Source: Armatimonadota bacterium
GTDB taxonomy: Bacteria; Armatimonadota; UBA5829; DTLH01
Assembly (NCBI GenBank): GCA_038207085.1
Contig: JBBRAE010000003.1
Location: forward strand, 1 to 64,000
Length of the DNA: 64,000 nt
Direction: 5' to 3'
A program made the translations under genes and the position numbers. This document shows positions 39,602-49,356 of the stretch, piece by piece. The notes below the pieces were generated by a model. It was not told the DNA's origin. It was given only the letters and a program-made list of their open reading frames with translations, and did not search any database. The first letter of the stretch is position 1, and the number at the start of each line of letters is the position of its first letter.

Positions 39602-40777
39602 ATGTCCCGAGAGATCAGAATCCTGCATGTGGTCGGCGGTATGCGCCAAGCGGGCACCGAAACCTGGCTTATAAACGTGCTTCGACTCATCGACCGAGAT
39701 CGGTTCCAGATGGACTTTCTCACCCACTCGACCGACCCCACCCATTATGACGACGAGATCAGGTCGCTTGGCGGCAGAATCATTCCCTGCCTGTCGCCAA
39801 ACTCGCCGGGGTCGTACTCCAAGAACTTCGCGCGGGTGATGAGTGACTTTGGCCCGTATGACATCGTTCACAGCCACATGCACCATTTCAGCGGACTCGC
39901 ACTCTGGCTTGCGGCGAGACACGATGTGCCGGTACGGGTGGCCCACAGCCACCTCGACACCCGCAGCACCGACGCTCAGGCATCCATACCCCGCAAGTTC
40001 TACACAAACATTGCCGCAAAAGCCATACAGAGATCAGCGACCCAGGGACTTGCGGCAAGCGAACCCGCAGCAGAGTCACTTTTCGGGAGAGATTGGAAGA
40101 ATGACCAACGCTGGAGAATACTCCACTGCGGCGTTGACCTGCAACCGTTCACTGCAGCGGCCGACAGGGCACAAGTCAGAAATGAGCTTGGAATCCCCTC
40201 CAATGCGTTCGTAATCGGGCACGTGGGAAGGTTCGAGCTGCAGAAGAACCACGCGTTTCTGATAGACGTGATCAAGGAGTCATCGCGGGCCAATCCTTTG
40301 GTCTGGGGGCTCCTGGTCGGCGATGGAATGCTTCGGTCTGAGATCGAGGCGATGGCAGCGCAGGCGGGGATCGGGGACAGAGTCGTGTTCGCAGGCGTGA
40401 GAGCAGATGTCCCGCGAGTAATGCTCGGGGCGATGGATGCGTTTGCCTTTCCGTCGGCGTTTGAGGGGCTTGGGCTGGCCATTGTCGAGGCTCAGGCTGC
40501 GGGGCTCCCGTGCGTGATATCCAACGTGGTCCCGCGCGAGGCCGATGTCATCGGTGGGCTTGTTAGGAGACTGGGACTATCCGACAGTTCCCAGGCATGG
40601 GCCGAAGCGGTGCTGTCGGCGAAACGCGTGGTGTCGCAAGAAGATGCCCTTCGAACGGTAGAGATGTCGGACTTCAATGTGATCACATCGACGCAGGCAT
40701 TGTGCGAGTTTTACAGTGAGGCAGTGACTAATCGGCGCGTTCAGTTGGTGAATCGAGCTCAAATAGGAAAGTCTTGA
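39602..40777 (+). CDS. GT4 glycosyltransferase (EpsF-like)
   Basis: RILHVVGGM..AGTET, GHVGRF..QKNH, FPSAFEGLGLAIVEAQAAGLP. Confidence 0.9.
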   Translation: MSREIRILHVVGGMRQAGTETWLINVLRLIDRDRFQMDFLTHSTDPTHYDDEIRSLGGRIIPCLSPNSPGSYSKNFARVMSDFGPYDIVHSHMHHFSGLALWLAARHDVPVRVAHSHLDTRSTDAQASIPRKFYTNIAAKAIQRSATQGLAASEPAAESLFGRDWKNDQRWRILHCGVDLQPFTAAADRAQVRNELGIPSNAFVIGHVGRFELQKNHAFLIDVIKESSRANPLVWGLLVGDGMLRSEIEAMAAQAGIGDRVVFAGVRADVPRVMLGAMDAFAFPSAFEGLGLAIVEAQAAGLPCVISNVVPREADVIGGLVRRLGLSDSSQAWAEAVLSAKRVVSQEDALRTVEMSDFNVITSTQALCEFYSEAVTNRRVQLVNRAQIGKS

Positions 40778-40781
40778 CGAG

Positions 40782-42032
40782 GTGTTTATGGAAACTATTA
40801 CGGCAGCGGTTAACAAAAATCAGGTAAAGGCGGCGATGGACTGCAACAGGTTGCAGTTGTTCTTTGTCGCGGCGCTGGTGGCGTTTCTGCCGATACAGAT
40901 CGACGTGTCCGATGGCATCCACATCGCACTGTCAGACCTGATGCTCATGTTTGCGATCGGGGGATATATCGCAGGCTTCGGAAGGTTCCGCATCGACTGG
41001 TCGGCGTGGAGTATATGGCACCTCGGACTGCTGCTTTCATTTGCTGTCGGATCAATATTCGCGCTAATCCGTTTTGGAGAGGTCGGGCGCTATGTGCTCA
41101 TCAACAAGGACATTGGCCTGATGGTGCTGTTTGCGACCTACGCCGTAGTCAACAGCGTTGCCCGCGATTGGGAGAGAGTTCGGTGGCTGCTTCGGGTGCT
41201 GATCATCAGCACATCGATCCAAAACGTCATCTACTTTACGCTATTTCTCGCTCGGCGCAACACAGGGCTCTTGATCCCATATATGGATGTAGGAGTACTG
41301 AGGCTCTGCGGAATGCTGATCGACGCAAACGCCTACGGGGGAATGCTTATCCTGGTGCTTGCTTTACATATCATAAACGTCTACTCAAGGCGTCCACTTG
41401 TCCCGGGATGGTTTGGTATGTTTACGACGATCAACCTGGCAATAGGCGTGCTGCTAACTTACTCGCGCTCTGCGTGGATCGGCCTCGTTTTGCTGTTGCT
41501 CCTTGTGATCGTGATGAAACCCGGCACAGGAGTGCGCCTGATTGGTATCTGTATCGTCGTTGCGTTTGCCATGCAGAGGGTGATGGGCCCAAAGTACGCG
41601 GCTGAAATGCAGCAGATGGCGCTTCGAGACACCGCATCGGACCGCATGTCTCTCATAGCCGAGGCGATGCCCATGTATTGGAAAAGTCCGGCATTTGGTG
41701 TAGGCTTGGGGGTCTTTGACCGCGAGTTCGGCACGATCATCCACAACACCACACTGTGGTTCCTTGTGGAGATGGGAATATTCGGGTTTGTCTGGTTTGT
41801 CGGTTTTGTCGCGTGGTTTTTGTACAAGGGTGTGCAGGCGTATAAGATGGCCTCCGAGTTGAACAAACCGCTGGTTCTCTCGCTGATTGCCGCATGCCTT
41901 GCCATGATCGGTCTATCGATGGGAATCGAGGCGCTCTACCAGCGGCACTGGTGGGTAGTGCTCTCCCTCATCGCCGCGTCCTGGTCGCTCGCCCGGGCAG
42001 ATCAACAACGGAGGAAAGAAGCTTGCGCGTAA
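40782..42032 (+). CDS. O-antigen ligase / Wzy polymerase family membrane protein
   Basis: RLCG..DANAYG, LTYSRSAW, FGVGLG, HNTTLWFLVEMGIFG; multiple TM segments. Confidence 0.85.
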   Translation: MFMETITAAVNKNQVKAAMDCNRLQLFFVAALVAFLPIQIDVSDGIHIALSDLMLMFAIGGYIAGFGRFRIDWSAWSIWHLGLLLSFAVGSIFALIRFGEVGRYVLINKDIGLMVLFATYAVVNSVARDWERVRWLLRVLIISTSIQNVIYFTLFLARRNTGLLIPYMDVGVLRLCGMLIDANAYGGMLILVLALHIINVYSRRPLVPGWFGMFTTINLAIGVLLTYSRSAWIGLVLLLLLVIVMKPGTGVRLIGICIVVAFAMQRVMGPKYAAEMQQMALRDTASDRMSLIAEAMPMYWKSPAFGVGLGVFDREFGTIIHNTTLWFLVEMGIFGFVWFVGFVAWFLYKGVQAYKMASELNKPLVLSLIAACLAMIGLSMGIEALYQRHWWVVLSLIAASWSLARADQQRRKEACA

Positions 42033-42934
42033 CGGTCGCGATACCCATCTATAACGCCGCCTCGACCCTTGCCGATGCGGTGCGCTCGGTCTTTGCCCAG
42101 AGTTACCAGGACTGGGAGTTGCTCCTGGTAGAGGACGGCTCCCGCGACGACTCCCTTCGTGTCGCCCGTTCCATCCGTGACCCCCGCGTGCGGGTAATCC
42201 ACGACGGAACAAACCGTGGGCTCCAGGCGAGGCTGAACCAGATAGCCCAAGAGGCCCGCGGCGAGTATCTCGCCCGGATGGACGCCGACGACCTGATGGC
42301 CCCCGAGCGCCTTGCCCACCAGGTAAAGCTCCTGGACGCCGTCCCCGAGGTCGATCTGGTAGACACCGGAGCCTACACAATCGACTCGGAGAACGCCCTT
42401 CTTGGCGCCAGAGGAATCACGCAGATCGACCAGCGCCCGGCCTCCGCGCTTCGATACGGCGTGCTATTTCACCCGACTGTGCTCGGGCGAACGGAGTGGT
42501 TCCGAAAGAACCTCTACGACGAACGCTATACCCGCGCCGAGGACTTTGAGCTGTGGCTTCGCACGTGTCAAAACTCGCTATTCGCACGAATCGAGAGCCC
42601 GCTCTACTACTACCGCGAGGAGCACCGCGCCCCGCGTTCATATCTCCGAGCGTATCTGCTCAGCCTAAAGTCCGTTCGGGCGGCGCAGGCGCGCTACGGG
42701 CCGGGGATGGTCGGCAGGCGCAAAACCGCCGAACTCCTCCTTGCCGCCCGCGCCAAAGAAATGATCTACCGAGTCGCAACCACGTTTGGCGTGCAAAGCG
42801 CGCTTGTCGCCGCGCGAAGCAGGCCAATCGACGATCTCGAACTCGCACGAGCCAGGGAAGGGCTGGAGAAAGTGCTCCAAACCCAAATCCCAGGGCTCGA
42901 CAAAACCGTTATGGAGGGCGCAACCCATGACTAA
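42023..42934 (+). CDS. GT2 glycosyltransferase
   Basis: VTVAIPIYNA, EDGSRD, ARMDADD, AEDFELWLR; TTG 42023 follows GGAGG. Confidence 0.9.
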   Translation: MRVTVAIPIYNAASTLADAVRSVFAQSYQDWELLLVEDGSRDDSLRVARSIRDPRVRVIHDGTNRGLQARLNQIAQEARGEYLARMDADDLMAPERLAHQVKLLDAVPEVDLVDTGAYTIDSENALLGARGITQIDQRPASALRYGVLFHPTVLGRTEWFRKNLYDERYTRAEDFELWLRTCQNSLFARIESPLYYYREEHRAPRSYLRAYLLSLKSVRAAQARYGPGMVGRRKTAELLLAARAKEMIYRVATTFGVQSALVAARSRPIDDLELARAREGLEKVLQTQIPGLDKTVMEGATHD

Positions 42935-44123
42935 TTCGCCAATAAGGCTCGTTCACCTGACGACCGTTCCCGACTCACTCTGCTTTGTCGCGGGCCAGGT
43001 CGGATATATGAAGTCCCGAGGCATGGAGGTCCACGCCGTTTCCAGCCCGGACGCGGCGCTTGACGACTTCGGGCGCGCGGAAGGGGTAGAGGTCCACGGG
43101 GTTGACATGCCCCGGGCGATCACCCCCGTCCAGGACATTGGCTCGATCCGATCGATCTGCCGAGTATTTCGCGCCGTCCGCCCGCACATCGTCCACTCCC
43201 ACACCCCAAAAGCCGGGCTGCTGGGGACGATCGCGGCGAGGATTTCGGGGGTCCCCGTAAGAATATATCACATCCACGGACTCCCCCTGCTCACCGCGAC
43301 CGGAACCAAGCGCGCCCTGCTGTCGATGAGCGAGCGCACCGCAAGCCGGCTCGCGACCCAAGTCCTCTGCGTCAGCAACTCGGTCCGAGAGGTCGTAGTG
43401 GCCGATGGGCTTTGCCCGAGTGAAAAGGTGAAGGTGCTCCTGTCGGGAAGCATCAACGGGATCGATTCGATCGGAAAGTTCAACCCAAACAACTACCCCG
43501 AGGGCACCCGACGGGAGGTCCGAGCGAAGTTCGGCATCCCCGAGGACGCGGTCGTCGCCGGGTTTGTGGGTCGGATAGTTCGCGACAAGGGAGTGATCGA
43601 ACTCGCTCGCGCCTGGAGAACCCTTCGGCAAGCCCACCCCGAGCTGCACCTCGTCGTCGTAGGCGCTCCCGAGCCCCAGGACCCGGTTCCACCCGAGATC
43701 GAAGATGAGCTTAGAGCCGACCCACGCGTCCACATGCTCGGCCTGCAGTTTGACATGCCCCCAATCTTCCGGGCGATCGACATGCTCGTCCTTCCCACCT
43801 ACCGGGAAGGGTTCCCCTTGGTCCCAATGGAAGCTGCTGCGATGGCGCTTCCGGTCGTCGCGACCCAGGTTCCCGGCTGCTTTGACGCAGTCGAAGACAG
43901 AGTGACAGGGACGCTCGTGCCGCCAAGAGACGCGTCGGCTCTGGCAGAGGCAATCAGCCATTATGTTAACTCGGCAGTTCTTCGAAAAGCCCGCGGAGAG
44001 GCCGGTCGCGCTCGAATGCTGCGAGATTTCCGCCAACAGGATATGTGGGAGGCGGTTTACCAGGAGTATATGCGGCTGCTCAGAGGGATGGTCGCAGAAA
44101 AGAGCCCGGCAAGAGCATATTAG
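42927..44123 (+). CDS. GT4 glycosyltransferase (CapM-like)
   Basis: HSHTPKAGLLG, GSINGID, GFVGRIVRDKG, LPTYREGFP..PMEAAAM. Confidence 0.9.
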   Translation: MTNSPIRLVHLTTVPDSLCFVAGQVGYMKSRGMEVHAVSSPDAALDDFGRAEGVEVHGVDMPRAITPVQDIGSIRSICRVFRAVRPHIVHSHTPKAGLLGTIAARISGVPVRIYHIHGLPLLTATGTKRALLSMSERTASRLATQVLCVSNSVREVVVADGLCPSEKVKVLLSGSINGIDSIGKFNPNNYPEGTRREVRAKFGIPEDAVVAGFVGRIVRDKGVIELARAWRTLRQAHPELHLVVVGAPEPQDPVPPEIEDELRADPRVHMLGLQFDMPPIFRAIDMLVLPTYREGFPLVPMEAAAMALPVVATQVPGCFDAVEDRVTGTLVPPRDASALAEAISHYVNSAVLRKARGEAGRARMLRDFRQQDMWEAVYQEYMRLLRGMVAEKSPARAY

Positions 44124-44183
44124 CATGAAATATGACAAATTCCACTGCTTGCGCGCCGCGTTCCGTGCAGAAATAGGTGTTAT

Positions 44184-44828
44184 ATGATCAAGCGACTATT
44201 TGACATAATGTTCAGCCTGACATTGCTTATGTTGCTTTCGCCGCTCATTGCTGCGACGGCCCTCGTCGTCGCCTACTCGATGGGCCGCCCCGTGATATTC
44301 ACCCAGCCGCGCGCCGGGTACCGATGCCAACACTTCACGCTCTACAAATTCCGATCGATGAAAAACGCCAACGGCCCCGACGGCACCCCCCTGCCCGACG
44401 CCGTGCGACTCACCAAAATGGGCCTGCTCTTGAGAAAACTCAGCTTGGACGAACTGCCTCAGCTCCTCAACGTGCTGAGGGGCGACATGAGCTTCGTCGG
44501 ACCAAGGCCACTCCTCGTAGAATACGTCCCGCTCTACACCCCCGAACAGAACGCCCGACACGACATTCACCCCGGCATCACGGGCTGGGCGCAGGTCAAC
44601 GGCCGCCACTCGACGCCCTTTATAAAGCGTCTTGAAATGGACGTATATTACGTCAATCACCACAGCCTCCTCCTCGACCTCAAGATTATGTTTCTCACAA
44701 TCCCAAGCGTTCTCGGCCTTCAGGGAGTGATCGAAGGCCCCAACATCGGCACCGGCGAAGAGCTCGGACTAAACGCCATGGCCGCCCTGAAAAAGCAGCG
44801 GAAAGAGTCTACTAACCTGGGCAGTTAA
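44184..44828 (+). CDS. Small priming phosphoglycosyltransferase (PglC/EpsL-like)
   Basis: MIKRLFDI, YKFRSM, LRKLSLDELPQL, GPRPLL, PGITGWAQVNGR. Confidence 0.92.
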   Translation: MIKRLFDIMFSLTLLMLLSPLIAATALVVAYSMGRPVIFTQPRAGYRCQHFTLYKFRSMKNANGPDGTPLPDAVRLTKMGLLLRKLSLDELPQLLNVLRGDMSFVGPRPLLVEYVPLYTPEQNARHDIHPGITGWAQVNGRHSTPFIKRLEMDVYYVNHHSLLLDLKIMFLTIPSVLGLQGVIEGPNIGTGEELGLNAMAALKKQRKESTNLGS

Positions 44829-44914
44829 TGACTGTTTTGCTACAACCTCAGGTTTAAATATTTAACTCTTGTGGAACATTCTCCCAGAACGCAAGATCAC
44901 CACAGGAGCAAGCA

Positions 44915-46039
44915 ATGACTGAACCACTAAGCCGATGGGAGAACGGATCTTTCTTCCAATGGGTACAAAACCATCCGCCGTCAAGCGCCCGGTCCCCCTG
45001 GGACAAGGAGCGCGTGATGTACGGATCGGGCCGAGACGCCATCCGGGCGCTCGTGAACCTCGGACGCGCAGAGCGTGGCTGGAGGCGGATGTGGGTCCCC
45101 TCGTATTTCTGCCAGTGCGTCGTAGAGTCGATCGCCCACACCGGCCTTGATGCTCTGCTCTACACCGACGGGCCGGAGGACACCTTCTGCGACTCAAGCG
45201 ACATAGACGCACGCCCCGGCGACGTCGTCCTGCGGATGAACTATTTCGGGCTTAGAACCATGCCCCAGTCCTGCCGCGCCAAGTCTCCCGGAGTCGAGAT
45301 CATAGACGACCACTCCCATGACCCGTGGTCTGAGTGGGCGTGGAAAAGCGACGCCGACTGGTGCATCGCATCGCTTAGAAAGAGCCTGCCTATCCCTGAC
45401 GGAGGCGTGCTCTGGTCGCCGAAAGCCCACGAGCTTCCTCCTGCGATCCCCGCGACTCCCGAGCACGAGGTCGCGAGCCTCAGGAAGTTTGCGGCGATGG
45501 CGCTTAAAGATATGTATCTTTCGGGCCACCACATCGAGAAGCAGACGTTCCGAGAGCTTGCCGAGTCGGGCGAATCCGGGATAGTCGGTGAGAGAATCTC
45601 GGGGATGCCGTCCTGGGTCACTGAGCTTGTGGAGCAGTTCCCGGTCGACGACTGGAGAAGCATCAGAAAAGCCAATCACCAGACGCTTTCCCGCCTACTG
45701 GTCGACGTGCCCGGGATTCGGGTGCTTCAGCCCATCTCCAGCACGCGCACGTGCCCCTTTGCGGGGATCATCGAGTGCGATTCCGATCTGCTTCGCGACC
45801 ACATCCGAGACGAGCTTGCCCGCAGGCAGGTCTACGCGACGATACTTTGGCCCATGGACGAGCCGGCCCTTCCGGGGATTCCCTCGCAGCACCTGCGTTT
45901 CAGCAGGTCGATGATGACCATTCACTGCGACATGCGCTACACCGAGCGCGACATGCGCACGATCGCCGGGTTCATCCGTGAACTCGCGACCAACGCGCCC
46001 TCGGTGTCCACCTCACCATCGCTAACCATCGGAGGATGA
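44915..46039 (+). CDS. Divergent DegT-like PLP-dependent protein
   Basis: SGRDAI, VPSYFC, NYFG, IIDDHSH, ASLRKSLPIPDGG (Lys at the expected PLP position). Confidence 0.62.
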   Translation: MTEPLSRWENGSFFQWVQNHPPSSARSPWDKERVMYGSGRDAIRALVNLGRAERGWRRMWVPSYFCQCVVESIAHTGLDALLYTDGPEDTFCDSSDIDARPGDVVLRMNYFGLRTMPQSCRAKSPGVEIIDDHSHDPWSEWAWKSDADWCIASLRKSLPIPDGGVLWSPKAHELPPAIPATPEHEVASLRKFAAMALKDMYLSGHHIEKQTFRELAESGESGIVGERISGMPSWVTELVEQFPVDDWRSIRKANHQTLSRLLVDVPGIRVLQPISSTRTCPFAGIIECDSDLLRDHIRDELARRQVYATILWPMDEPALPGIPSQHLRFSRSMMTIHCDMRYTERDMRTIAGFIRELATNAPSVSTSPSLTIGG

Positions 46040-47133
46040 GACTGTTGTCCAACTTGCAACGAATAGAGATTCTGACCACAAGAGACAAAGAGGCTTGGAG
46101 AGCGGCTCTAGACGAGATCGGCACTTACAGCTTCTACCATATGCCCGAGTTTCACCGCCTTGCGGAGATCCGCGGCGAAGGCGAGGGCATTATGCCCGTT
46201 TACCGGGAAGACGGCTTCATAGCGGCCTTTCCCATGCTGCTCAGGGACATTCAAATCCATGGGCAGTCGACCGGTATGCGCGACGCGACCTCGGTTGCCG
46301 GGTTTGCAGGCCCGATAGCGTCAATGGCCGAGCCTCCCAAGGACATCGTCAGGCGCGTACAGAGCGCCCTGCACGAGTTCCTACACGAAACAGGTGTCGT
46401 GAGCGTGTTCAGCCGGATGAACCCCGTAGCAAGCCGCCCACGCCTGTTAGATGGCATGGGAGTCTGTGTGGAGAGGGGCAACTCTCTTGTAATAGACCTG
46501 ACCGCACCGCTCGATGTCCAGCTCGCCCGCTACAAGTCCGAGCGACGCAAGAAACTTCGTCGGCTAGAAGAGACCGATCTGACCATAGACTTCGGGGGAA
46601 TGGAGCACATCGACGACTTTGTGCGCATCTTCAGCCAGACCATGGACCGCACCAGCGCCGATCACTCCTACCGGTTCGACCGCTTCTACATAGAGTATCT
46701 GCTTCGGGAGATGCCGGACGTGATGCATATCGGAGTCTGCAAGCTCGACGGAGAAGTCATAAGCGTAGTGCTCGACGGCTTCTGCGGCGGGATTGTGGAG
46801 GGGTATATCGGTGGCACGAGCACGGAGCACCGCCAGATGTCTCCCTCTACCATCCTCTACGACCGCATCCGCGTCTGGGGAACCTCAATCGGCGCGAAGT
46901 CACTGCACGTCGGCGGCGGTGTCGGGGGCCTGAAAGACACAGTTTACTCCTACAAGCTCTCATTCGGTGCAAACGAAATGCCCTACTACACCTGGAGATA
47001 TGTGGTCGATCAGCCCGCCTACGACAAGCTCTGCCGGGAAGCAGGCGGCACGCCAACCGATGACATTCACTCGGAGTATTTCCCAAATTACCGGGACCCC
47101 GAGCTTGGAGCAAGAGAAACGGTGGGGGTGTAA
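46036..47133 (+). CDS. FemAB-like GNAT acyltransferase, paralog 1
   Basis: FYHMPEFH, DATSVAGFAGP, FSRMNP, IDLT, LHVGGG, YKLSF, YFPNYR. Confidence 0.82.
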   Translation: MRLLSNLQRIEILTTRDKEAWRAALDEIGTYSFYHMPEFHRLAEIRGEGEGIMPVYREDGFIAAFPMLLRDIQIHGQSTGMRDATSVAGFAGPIASMAEPPKDIVRRVQSALHEFLHETGVVSVFSRMNPVASRPRLLDGMGVCVERGNSLVIDLTAPLDVQLARYKSERRKKLRRLEETDLTIDFGGMEHIDDFVRIFSQTMDRTSADHSYRFDRFYIEYLLREMPDVMHIGVCKLDGEVISVVLDGFCGGIVEGYIGGTSTEHRQMSPSTILYDRIRVWGTSIGAKSLHVGGGVGGLKDTVYSYKLSFGANEMPYYTWRYVVDQPAYDKLCREAGGTPTDDIHSEYFPNYRDPELGARETVGV

Positions 47134-47137
47134 CCAA

Positions 47138-48229
47138 TTGTCGCAAGCATCTTTTGAACTGCTGTCAACTGCAGAGTCGGGGCGCTGGAGGGAGACGCTC
47201 GAAGAGATCGGGGAGTATGACATTTATCACCTCCCCGAGTTCCATCGTCTGCCCGAAATGCGAGGGGAAGGCGAGGCGCTGCTGCTTGTCTACCGCGAAG
47301 GTGGCCGAGTCGCCGCGCTTCCCGTCATCATGCGCGACATAAAGCTTCCGCGTGATCTCGGAGCCCCCGTGCTCCGAGATGTGACAAGCGTCGGCGGCTT
47401 CGCAGGCCCGCTCGTCTCACCCAAAAGTGACGTCACAGAAATACGAGAAGGCTTCCAGCACGCTTTGAACGAGTTTTTCGCCGAGGCCGGTGTCATCACA
47501 GCGTATCACCGTCTGAACCCGATCATCGGCAACTTCGACCTGTTTGAAGGGCTCGGCGAGACTGTCATCCTCGGTATCACCGTGGCCGTGGACCTTTCGT
47601 ACTCGCCCGAGGAGCAGCTTAGTCGCTACAATCACGGGCACCTGGATGCGGTAAAACGACTGAAGAACCGCGGCGCCACATGCGAGCGGGTCGGGCCGGA
47701 GTATCTCGACGACTTCACCCAAGTCTATCACGAGACGATGACCAGAGCCGGCGCGCAGCCCGAGTACTTCTTCAAGCGGGACTACTTCGAATATTTACTT
47801 AACTCGATGCCCGGCGTGACCCAGCTTTTCATCTGCAACTACGACGGCAAAGTCATAAGCGCCGGAATCTTCTCAAAGACCGCAAATATAGTCGAGGGGA
47901 TGTACGCAGGAGGCCTGACGGAATACCTAAAGCTATCCCCGATCAAGATCTTAAACGATGCCGTTCGCGAGTGGGCAAACGAGCTTGGAGCAAAGTGGTT
48001 TCACATCGGCGGAAACGGAAGCGGCGCTCGGGACTCGCAGCACATATTCAGAAAGGGCTTCGGAGGCACGGAGCTGCCTTACGCTACATGGAGATACATC
48101 GCAGACTGCGGAGTCTACGGCGAACTCTGTGCGGAGCTTCGCCGCCGAGCAGGTGTGGACTCACCGGGAGGTTTCTTCCCCGAGTACCGCGACCCGTCCC
48201 TTGCACCCGTGCGGGAGGCTGTAAAGTAG
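47138..48229 (+). CDS. FemAB-like GNAT acyltransferase, paralog 2
   Basis: IYHLPEFH, DVTSVGGFAGP, YHRLNP, VDLS, FHIGG, FRKGF, FFPEYR; TTG 47138. Confidence 0.82.
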   Translation: MSQASFELLSTAESGRWRETLEEIGEYDIYHLPEFHRLPEMRGEGEALLLVYREGGRVAALPVIMRDIKLPRDLGAPVLRDVTSVGGFAGPLVSPKSDVTEIREGFQHALNEFFAEAGVITAYHRLNPIIGNFDLFEGLGETVILGITVAVDLSYSPEEQLSRYNHGHLDAVKRLKNRGATCERVGPEYLDDFTQVYHETMTRAGAQPEYFFKRDYFEYLLNSMPGVTQLFICNYDGKVISAGIFSKTANIVEGMYAGGLTEYLKLSPIKILNDAVREWANELGAKWFHIGGNGSGARDSQHIFRKGFGGTELPYATWRYIADCGVYGELCAELRRRAGVDSPGGFFPEYRDPSLAPVREAVK

Positions 48230-49356
48230 TGTCATTTATTGCAAATCGCGATATTGAAATACTGACTACACACGACGCGGAGCGCTGGAGCGAAACGCTC
48301 GAGCGAATCGGCGCGTACGACTTCTATCACCTGCCGCAGATACATCGTCTTGCCGAAATCGAGCGCGAGGGAGAAGCGGTGATGCCAGTCTACCGGGAAG
48401 GCGGCCACATCATCGCGTTCCCGATGCTCCTTCGCCGAATCGAAGGCTTTCCAGCGTTCGAGGGGCTGATGGACGTCTCCTCGATCTACGGCTACGCCGG
48501 TCCGCTTGCAACACCGGGGCTTCCGGCAGAAGTGCGGGACAGGTTCATCGCCGCCCTCGATGAGTTCTTCAGAGCAAGCCGAATCGTCACAGCCTTCTCC
48601 AGGCTCCACCCGATGATCGGCCAGACAGCCATGCTCACAGGTTACGGTGAAATCTCGGAGGTCGGCACGACAATATCGATCGATCTCACCAAATCCCCCG
48701 AGGAGCAGGTCGCGGGCTACCGAAAGAGCCACCGCTACGAAATCGGCAGGTTACGCAACCAGGGGTTCACCTGCAGACAGGCAGGGCCCGAGGCGCTTTC
48801 TGACTTCATCGACATCTACCACGAGTCCATGCGCGAAGTCGGGGCCGACCCCTACTACTTCTTCGAGAGAAGCTACTTCGAGTATCTTATGCGCGAACTC
48901 AGAGGGGTCATGACCCTTTTTGTCTGTGAGTTTGAAGGCCGCCCCGCGTGCGCCGCGATGTTTGCCAAGTGCGCCTCAATCGTGCAGTACCACCTCGCAG
49001 GCACACGCTCGGAGTTTAGAAAACTTGCGCCGATGAAGCTCCTGCTCGACACCGCGCGCGAGTGGGCGAACACGACCGGTGCAAGCGTGATGCACCTCGG
49101 AGGCGGCGTCGGAGCAAAGCAGGACTCGCTCTATGCCTTCAAACGGGGCTTCAGCGACCGGGAGCACACTTTCTCGGTCTGGAAACACGTCACCGCCCCG
49201 GAACTATACCGCGAACTATCCAGGGAGGCCGCCGCAGTGTCGGGAATGGAGCCCGAAAGCCCTTATTTCCCGTACTACCGGCACCCCGTTTTCGAACAAA
49301 TAGAACCAGAACTCGCCGACGCAATGATCGTTGGCGCAGAGGAGGAACGTTTGTGA
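48229..49356 (+). CDS. FemAB-like GNAT acyltransferase, paralog 3
   Basis: FYHLP, DVSSIYGYAGP, FSRLHP, IDLT, QYHLAGT, MHLGGG, FKRGF, YFPYYR; GTG 48229. Confidence 0.85.
   Translation: MSFIANRDIEILTTHDAERWSETLERIGAYDFYHLPQIHRLAEIEREGEAVMPVYREGGHIIAFPMLLRRIEGFPAFEGLMDVSSIYGYAGPLATPGLPAEVRDRFIAALDEFFRASRIVTAFSRLHPMIGQTAMLTGYGEISEVGTTISIDLTKSPEEQVAGYRKSHRYEIGRLRNQGFTCRQAGPEALSDFIDIYHESMREVGADPYYFFERSYFEYLMRELRGVMTLFVCEFEGRPACAAMFAKCASIVQYHLAGTRSEFRKLAPMKLLLDTAREWANTTGASVMHLGGGVGAKQDSLYAFKRGFSDREHTFSVWKHVTAPELYRELSREAAAVSGMEPESPYFPYYRHPVFEQIEPELADAMIVGAEEERL

Noticed and set aside
42975..44138. 387-aa minus-strand ORF
   Set aside because: Antisense shadow of the CapM-like GT4 gene with no recognisable motifs.
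46095..47063. 322-aa Arg-rich alternative-frame ORF inside GNAT paralog 1
   Set aside because: Typical off-frame ORF of GC-rich coding DNA, with no RBS or motifs.
47971..48228. Long N-terminal extensions in the ORF track (also at 6416, 7363, 9044, 10171, 41894, 42786, 46967 and 49062) suggesting overlapping genes or frameshifts
   Set aside because: Each gene has a downstream start at or near the previous stop, usually with an RBS, where family similarity begins.
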